A DNA stretch of 64,000 nt, taken from assembly GCA_964016885.1 (NCBI GenBank), contig OZ024741.1, positions 197,904,001-197,968,000 on the forward strand, in the 5' to 3' direction. The notes under the pieces were generated by a model that was not told the origin of the DNA, searched no databases, and saw nothing but the letters and a program-made list of their open reading frames with translations. Both the position numbers and the translations under genes were made by a program. Below are positions 55,557 through 64,000 of the stretch, piece after piece (positions within the stretch are counted from its first letter, which is position 1; the number at the start of each line of letters is the position of its first letter). The DNA is from Eledone cirrhosa (lineage: Eukaryota).

Positions 55557-55787
55557 TATACATACAGGTACACATTCATATATGTACGTATCAGTTTAGC
55601 GGACGCTTATTATAACGCCCGCTTTGTTCGTTTGTAAACAAACCGAACAGCCTGAATCTATGCCGTACGGTGTTAAGGCAACCACGTCATCCACCTGTTC
55701 AGCACTGACACAGGTACGATGTACTAGTTTCAAGCTACTGTACGTCTGTATGCATATATGTATGTACGTATACATACATACTTACAT
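54881..55787 (-). mobile_element. Second HHR tandem element (484-bp unit, about 1.7 copies, plus short inverted arm) in (TA)n
   Basis: Unit restarts at 55365; inversion at about 55735; blocks of similarity to the 469-bp unit. Confidence 0.88.
55202..55244 (-). ncRNA. Minimal type I hammerhead ribozyme
   Basis: ACGGTG CTGACGA tAGCT aaca AGCTt GAAA CTAG TA CATCGT. Confidence 0.85.
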
Positions 55788-55788
55788 A

Positions 55789-55844
<56 letters not shown>

Positions 55845-55934
55845 TAAATATATATGTTTATATATATAAGTATATATATATATATATATATATACATATG
55901 TATATATATGTTTATATATATATATATAAATACA

Positions 55935-56049
<115 letters not shown>

Positions 56050-56260
56050 GTTTATATATATATGTATATATAATATTTAATACAATAACAGAGATAGCTT
56101 AAAGCTAAACTCCGACTGGTAACCATCTCACTCAACAAACATTACGTTATATGTTAGTATAAACCCAATTTAAGTGTTTGGGGTGCTAACTATATGTATT
56201 TTGTGGAAAGCCAGTTGTATTATTTTATGAGATATAATTAAAGTTAAAATATATCTCTCT

Positions 56261-56385
56261 TTCCAAACAATTGTTTCATTATAAGTTTTCTACCAATTGG
56301 GGGAATGTTTCCAGTTTATGTAGAAGCCTAACATATATTCATGTAAGAATATATTTAGGCGGGTACTTATAAATCTTCAGTGGAA
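56261..56385 (-). ncRNA. Type I hammerhead with a large loop II insertion (family B)
   Basis: ttcca CTGAAGA tttataag [about 80 nt] cttataat GAAA caattg TT tggaa. Confidence 0.75.
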
Positions 56386-56465
56386 GCCCATTAAACTTTG
56401 ATATAAGAAAAAATTCTTACCGCAGTTAAAAATCGTGTCTGCTAAGCTGCTCCTTCACGCATCGA

Positions 56466-56466
56466 A

Positions 56467-56502
<36 letters not shown>

Positions 56503-57066
56503 CATATATATATATGTATATACGTATATATATATATGTATATATATATACATATATATATATGTATATACGTATATATATATACATATATATATGTATA
56601 TACGTATATATATATACATATATATATGTATATACGTATATATATATATATACATATATATATGTATATACGTATATCTATATACATATATATATGTATA
56701 TACGCATATATATATACATATATATATATGTATATACGTTAATATATATACATATATATATGTATATACGTATATATATATACATATATATATGTATATA
56801 CGTATATATATATACATATTTATATGTATATACGTATATATATATACATATATATATGTATATACGTATATGTATATACGTATATATATATACATATATA
56901 TATGTATATACGTATATATATATATACATATATATATGTATATACGTATATCTATATACATATATATATATGTATATACGCATATATATATACATATATA
57001 TATATATGTATATACGCATATATATATACATATATATATATATGTATATACGCATATATATATACA
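56466..57066. repeat. TA-derived minisatellite (tatacg/tacat variants)
   Basis: Direct inspection. Confidence 0.9.
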
Positions 57067-57168
57067 TTTGAGGAGCTCGGCTATTCAAATACCAGGATAA
57101 AAATGTTCATTTAGTCCAGAATTAGCCGTCGAAACGGCTTGAGCTCAGCCGTCGGGGTCCTACTCGTT

Positions 57169-57215
<47 letters not shown>

Positions 57216-57590
57216 AGATACAGTGGGATAGACCCAGAGAGAGACATATTATATATATATGTGTGTGTGTGTGTGTGTACAAACATATCGTGTTCAATAC
57301 AATGTTCTGGTAGGAGCAGATAACTATCGCAATCGTGGTTTTATTCGTGCGAACGTCTCAGCGTGTTTAAAAGGAAAGGACTAGAGCGTCACAAGGCGGT
57401 TAGTTAATTAATTACTGATGCGCTTAACAACATATTACCTGTATGAAATATAGGTTACTGTATTCCTTTGTAAATATAGAAGCCAGTCAGGGGCTAGCCT
57501 ACCATTTTCACGCCAAAGAATTAGCACTGAATCGTTTAAAACTGCCGTCTATCACTTTAAATATGGAATGCAAGGGGCAGTAAGCCTACA

Positions 57591-57645
<55 letters not shown>

Positions 57646-57924
57646 TGTAGTAGTAGTAGTAGTAGTGTGAAAAACTTTTTCAGGCATTTCGGTCTCATTT
57701 GACCTCCTCATCGAAACATAACTTAACCTTTATTGCACGCACACACACACTCATATATATATATATATATATATACATTGAAATATTGAATGTCTGCATA
57801 ACTAAAAGTTTGTAGATAGCTGTTTTAGGTTATGTAACTGTTATAGAAACACGTGTCAATAAATTCCTTTCAACTAAACTGTATCCATTCAAATCTTTCT
57901 ATATATATACATATATATATATAC

Positions 57925-57973
<49 letters not shown>

Positions 57974-58164
57974 TATATACATATATATATATACATATAT
58001 ATTTTTAAAAAAATATATATATTTTTTTTTAAATATATATATATTTTTTTAAATAAGACTCCAGTTGTATTTTCGATTTCATCTTTTTTTTCTTTATACT
58101 TTCACTCGTGTAGGACACCTCGGTTATTTTTCATTTTGTAAAAAAACCTCACTTTCTTTCTTAT

Positions 58165-58261
<97 letters not shown>

Positions 58262-58597
58262 GTAGAGCAAATATTTAATAAAATAACAGATTAAAGTTTA
58301 AGCAAAGAATCGCTGCTTTCACCCTTAACAGGATCTTCTGAAACTAAAAAAAATCAATCTGTGAACGCAGAAGTAAATATTTCGAAAAACGTTGCAATCG
58401 AAGGTTCGTGAAGACCTTCCCTGGCAATGAGCGGGAAAAAAACGAGGATAATTACGCCGTTATGTTGAACAATTATGAGAACAATTTCACGCAAAGACAA
58501 AAAAAAAAAAAACCACGTTTGTGGTATAAATGGAGTCATTAGACTAATATTCTATTTAGGAAACAGAGTGATTCTCGGCTCCGGAGTTTAAGAATAA

Positions 58598-59749
58598 CTA
58601 GCTGACGTACCCAGCTACGCCCGGGTAAACATGATAAGAGAAGACAGGGAAAAGAGAAAATGACTGTATTGGATGTTTGTCTGGTTACAGTATGAGGCGA
58701 GTCCATGGGGTCTGTGTGATACGAAAAACAGTAAAAGAAATCTTACAGATATACCAGATTCTTCGTTGTACCGTTTGTGCATAGTATATGAACAATTCTA
58801 GGTGCTCCCGCCTAGAATAGTGACCTCTGGGAGATGGTTCATCTTCTGCCTGACTGTAAAACGTGTATCATTGCATAGATGTGGTTGTTCCACGTTTCTC
58901 AAAAGGATGATGGAAGTTCCAATCTTTTATATTATATGTAGATATAGATATAGATAATTAATATAAAAGATGTCCGTCAATGTAAAAAAGGTCCCTATTT
59001 ACTTGAAATGGTTTATACAAATGCCAAATTAATATGGATATGGATAACATGCTTATCTATAAGTGGTCAGCTATAATAATAAAACAACAAATTATATGAC
59101 ACGAAAATTTATTCAGTAATTTCCAGGCTCTTAGCCACTGAGTAATAGACAGTCAATGTTGCCCAGAGTTCAACTCGGGGAGGTGGCCTGGTTTTAACTC
59201 CAAATGGCGGATCCTTCTACTTCGAAAACAGAATCGTTTTTCAATATTACTCTAGCCCTGGCCGGCCATAATATCCAACCTTTTTGCCATACTCAGCATA
59301 TGATGAGGTCTTATTACCACCGCAATCAGAAGCGACGCACGCAAACTTACACGCGCACATGTCCACTTACACACACGCACACACTCACACATGTTGATAG
59401 TTTTTACTTTCTGTGGAACGCTGCACGCACGCACACACACATAAACATACGGGCACGTACATACACACGCACACATGTTAATAGTTATTGCTTTCCTTCC
59501 CCTCTTATTTCCACACACATCACAAACACACATGTCTCTACACTGACACATATACATAGTGTATCCAAACACAGCGTTCACTTTGCCTCTCTGTTTCTTA
59601 CTCTCCCCTCTCACTCCCTCATTGGCATTATGCATATTAATTTAAGATTGGCGTCGTTGAGGTGGGCGGAGTCTTTGAAACCTATGAACCAATGATAATC
59701 GAGAATTATGACACACGGAATACTGGCATTGTTGAAATTAATATATAGA
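58598..59749 (-). mobile_element. Non-autonomous Helitron with PIF1 fragment, inserted in repeat family C
   Basis: 5' TCTATATATT; 3' CCCGGGCGTAGCTGGG hairpin then CTAG; GTSIILLRNVEQPHLCNDTRFTV. The flanks rejoin to agaataa/tgtaaat, the uninterrupted site seen near 28007. Confidence 0.9.
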
Positions 59750-59836
59750 TGTAAATATATTTGTTGAACGAAAATAACAGAGGTTATTAAAATCGTCAAG
59801 TAAGTAATAATAGTTATGATATATACCAGTACATAT

Positions 59837-60186
59837 ATTATACAAAATATTAACAAATGAAAAATATTCTCATAATCAAAATATATACTTTATTATATAT
59901 ATTTCAAAGGTACTGTGTTGTTTTTTCAGTACGTCCTCATCAGACAAAATATATGATATGATATATGACATACCGCTACGGTCTTGATTATTCAATTCCA
60001 GTATTGGCGGTACCTTTGAAATATATATAATAAAGTATATATTTTGATTATGAGAATATTTTTCATTTGTTAATATTTTGAATAATATTAAAAACTCCAG
60101 GAAAACCACAGTTGAGTGCTTCTAATCTATTGTAAAATTGTATTCATTGAGTAATCAACGAACCATACTAATCTTTGGTCATACCA

Positions 60187-60190
<4 letters not shown>
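59837..60190. mobile_element. Inverted pLTR pair with tail and HHR-like core, related to 16871-17364
   Basis: Arms 59843-59913 and 60010-60080; minus-strand ttttgt CTGATGA...GAAA tatata; flanking direct repeat ataccagtacatatat. Confidence 0.75.
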
Positions 60191-60236
<46 letters not shown>

Positions 60237-60298
60237 GCATATATACATACATACACGTGCGCGTACGCGGATACGCACGCAAAAATATACACATATAC

Positions 60299-60397
<99 letters not shown>

Positions 60398-60446
60398 AAT
60401 CTTGCTAAACAAATTCAGAAACGAAATATATATATATATATATACG

Positions 60447-60477
<31 letters not shown>

Positions 60478-60847
60478 ATAAATTATCGAGAATCGCATTT
60501 CGGCCCACGAAATAACGAAAAACAACCTCCGAGATGTGTGGCAAGTGCTCAATGGTTCAGATGAACCAGAGCTATAAGAAACGTTAAAGGCCAAACACAC
60601 TGAGACGATGGTTAAACAATCATTCGCATAGCCAAAAAAACGATCAAGTAATTCGGGTCAAACAAATAAAAAATATCTGTGATTGAAAATTTACCCGGAC
60701 CCCTGGAAAGTTGGTAAAATCCAGTATTTGGGTTTCTGCGACTCTTAAATCAAGTACTGTCCGCTTGCATAAATAATGTTAGGCTTCTGGTAAGATGATT
60801 GAACAAGGAAGCCACTTTCTCATATATATATATATATATATATATAA

Positions 60848-60915
<68 letters not shown>

Positions 60916-61869
60916 AAAGTTGGAAATAGCACGGAAATTATATATAAGAGTCTGATTTTCTTTTTTTTTAGCCTTTCTTTGATTCGTCAAAGAGACATTG
61001 AAAAGATGACTTTATTGAAAAAATGAGAGGGACAATTATTTTAAAAAAAAGTGTTATAATGTATATAAAGTATTATTAAAATTCATCTTATCAAATGTTG
61101 AGTATTGAAATAAAAAATTAAAAAGAATTAATAGGAGTTAAAAACTAAAAATTAAAGATTTAAAATTAAAATCAAATGTTGGAGTAAGTTTTTTTCCCAT
61201 CTTTCATGCTCAAAACTTGGCTAAGACGTCATATGTTTTTCTACGTTTATAAATCATTCTAGCAATTACCTTTATTTGTTGATATAAAATAATAATTAAA
61301 TAGTATACGCTACATATATAGTTTTTAATTGAAATTTTTAATTTTGGCATAGATAGACTATTCTTATTTTTATTTTTTTATTCCATCATATTTTATTTTA
61401 TTTTATTTTATTTTAAAAATCCTTTTGAAAAACTTTTTTTTTAAAAACTATTTTATAATTATTTTAATTTAATTTAATTTTATTACTACGTTTTTACACT
61501 TTTTCATCCAAGTTTTAGTATTTAAACCCAATATAAAATAATATACCCAGTTTCTATATTTTAACCCTCTAATATTTGAATACCATCTATAATATTAGCA
61601 CATACACCTCATCAATTTATTTTTTAGCCGTTATTTACAGCTGTTTTCATTTTGACAGCGTTCCTGATCAAAAGTCTCTCTCTCTCTCTCTTTCTCTCTT
61701 TCTCTCTTTCTCTCTTTCTCTCTCTTCCTTCTTTCTTTCTTTCTTTTTCCTTCTTTCCTTTTCTTCATTTTTCCTATTTTTCTCTTACTCGTATATTTTT
61801 GTCATATGTAGACTGTACACTTTCTTGTTGACAAGTGTTTTTAGGCCTCATATCAAGTTACCTTATTTT

Positions 61870-62035
61870 ATCCCAGGATGATGTTGTTTTCAAAATGCGC
61901 ATAATAAAATATATGGATCTTTTTTAAACATCTTTTAATTTCTTTTTTAATATATATTCCAGTTCTACCAACTGTTGGGTGCTACTTATCTGATATATGC
62001 ATAGTTTTATTGTTCTACAATATTACTCACCTTCT

Positions 62036-62040
<5 letters not shown>
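61870..62040 (+). mobile_element. Degenerate pLTR of the 45448-48790 family
   Basis: aaatgcgcataataaaata...actcaccttctaca. Confidence 0.65.
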
Positions 62041-62132
<92 letters not shown>

Positions 62133-62203
62133 TGTGTGTAGAAGGTGAGTTATATATATATAAGAGAGAAATAGGATTTCACTTCAAGCATAGCTTTATA
62201 CAA

Positions 62204-62459
62204 TATGTATAAATATTTCGTATCTCCAAAGAAATACGGTTTTAGGAAGCCGTAGCTATGCAAACACCGGGAGGCTAACGCCCTCTGGTGATGTCCAGCA
62301 GAAGCAAGGGGGACAACCGTCTATGCATTTCAGGCTTAACTGGCCTTCGGTTGTCTCCCTTGCTTCTGCTGGATATCACCAGAGGGCGTTAGCCACCCGG
62401 TGTTTGCATAGCTACGGCTTCCTAAAACCGTATTTCTTTGGAGATACGAAATATTTATG

Positions 62460-62463
<4 letters not shown>
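62204..62463. repeat. Palindrome with about 116-bp arms and 28-bp spacer
   Basis: Arms 62204-62319 and 62348-62463 with a few mismatches. Confidence 0.9.
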
Positions 62464-62504
<41 letters not shown>

Positions 62505-62507
<3 letters not shown>

Positions 62508-62900
62508 TTTGGATTGGTTTTCGCTTTTGTATCTTTTATCTCTCCATGGTTAATTTATCTGTCAATCAATGTCTATCATTGATTGACGAACGGTTATAAA
62601 TACAGGTATGAATATGTATATATAGTGTACGAAAGTTCTTTCGTCACACATCTATGACATCATTAGTGGTACTATTATGTTTCCTCTCGTTATATTGTAA
62701 TGTCTACGCCATTTTTATTTTATTTATTTATTCTTGTCTCTGTCTCTGTTTGCGCATGCATTTGTGAGAGTCTTTTCTCTTTGGTGTTTGTGTTCGTGTT
62801 TGAGTCTGTGTTTTTGTATTCTATCTTTGTTCATCAGAGTGTGTTTATGTGTGTTTGTTGTTATTGGACTTGTGTGTTTATTGGACTTGTGTATTTATTT
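62505..62900 (-). mobile_element. Neptune-like PLE pLTR/3' UTR with mutated HHR
   Basis: Similar to 51325-51650; CTAATGA tgtcatagatgtgtgac GAAA gaactt. Confidence 0.75.
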
Positions 62901-62928
62901 ATATATATAAATATATATATATATATTT

Positions 62929-62962
<34 letters not shown>

Positions 62963-63006
62963 AATATATTTTATATATATATATATATATATAAATATAT
63001 ATATTT

Positions 63007-63040
<34 letters not shown>

Positions 63041-63194
63041 AATATATATATATTATATATATATATATATAAATATATATATTATATATATATATATATA
63101 TAAATATATATATTATATATATATATATACAAATATATATATTATATATATAGGAACCAGTAAGACCCCGACAGCTGAGCTCAAGCCGTTTCGA

Positions 63195-63556
63195 CCAGTG
63201 TCTGTCCTTAGGGCATCAACATATGTTAACCTTGGTCTTCCTCTTCTAGTGTGTCCATGTAGGGGCTCCCAAAGGAGCACTGAGTGCAATGTCAACTCTG
63301 GATGTCGGTGAGCATGTCCAGCCAACCTCAGTCTCCTCTGACCTTCGTAGAGACCTGAAAATCCGCCTCTTCATTGCTGTAGTGGAGTCTGTGCTGCTGT
63401 ATGGGTCGGAGACTTGGACACTGACCAAGAGACTCACTCAGATGGTGGATGGGTGCTACACGAGAATGCTGAGGATGGCTCTGAACATTAATCAGTATAC
63501 ACTGAGGATGAAAAACTCAGAGCTGTATGGGAGCATCCCAAAAGTCAGCTCAAAAG
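63195..63556 (+). mobile_element. RTE LINE fragment with internal inversion
   Basis: Plus strand LKIRLFIAVVESVLLYGSETWTLT...RMLR; minus strand AGHAHRH...RRGRPRLTYVDAL, the downstream part of the same type of ORF. Confidence 0.8.
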
Positions 63557-63837
63557 TATATATATATATTATATGATAAAGAAGACAAGAGCGTCTACAA
63601 CATCAAAAGATTTTTATTGGCTTACGATGTTTCTTCCTTACGTAACCGTAGGATTCGTCAGAGCTATAAAAGGGGTTTGATTGGTGTTATGCACTCTACC
63701 AACCAAACATTCAAGAACAAAGAGTAAAGAGAGTAAAGAGCAAAAGTAGGGGACGATAAGTCTAATTTTGGTGCGGGAGGGTGGGGTGTGGGTCCTTGTT
63801 TACTAGCTGCGGTCATATTCATTCCCGGGAATCGAGT

Positions 63838-64000
63838 GGTTAGCTGAACCATAGATGGGGTGGCGTCGATAGTATGGTGCAGAGGGTGCGCAGAGGCTAC
63901 ACAAACACAAAGGGCATACAATATATATATTGTTTGTGTAGCCTATGCACACCCTCTGCACCATACTATCGACGCCACCCCATCTATGGTTCAGCTAACC
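63838..64000. repeat. Palindrome running off the window end
   Basis: ggttagctgaaccatagatgggg...ccccatctatggttcagctaacc. Confidence 0.85.

Overview
AT-rich, microsatellite-dense eukaryotic DNA, probably intergenic or intronic. The SINE and (TA)n landscape suggests an octopod cephalopod (inference only). No host gene is supported, and most listed ORFs are simple-repeat artefacts. The window is a patchwork of decayed transposons: Penelope-like elements (PLEs), RTE, CR1-like, R4/Dong-like and Tx1-like LINEs, three non-autonomous Helitrons, tRNA-derived SINEs and two MITEs. The main find is a 5.3-kb non-coding array at 17710-23014 inside (TA)n, made of about 11.3 near-identical 469-bp units in two divergent arms. 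The 11 complete units each carry an intact minimal type I hammerhead ribozyme (HHR). A diverged relative at 54881-55787 has the same HHR, the same inversion and the same two staggered 3' end points. Together these suggest a retrozyme-like RNA family mobilised by PLE machinery. More than 20 HHR or HHR-like motifs occur overall, including a family with a large loop II insertion and compensatory changes. All calls were made by eye, with no database searches or folding runs.
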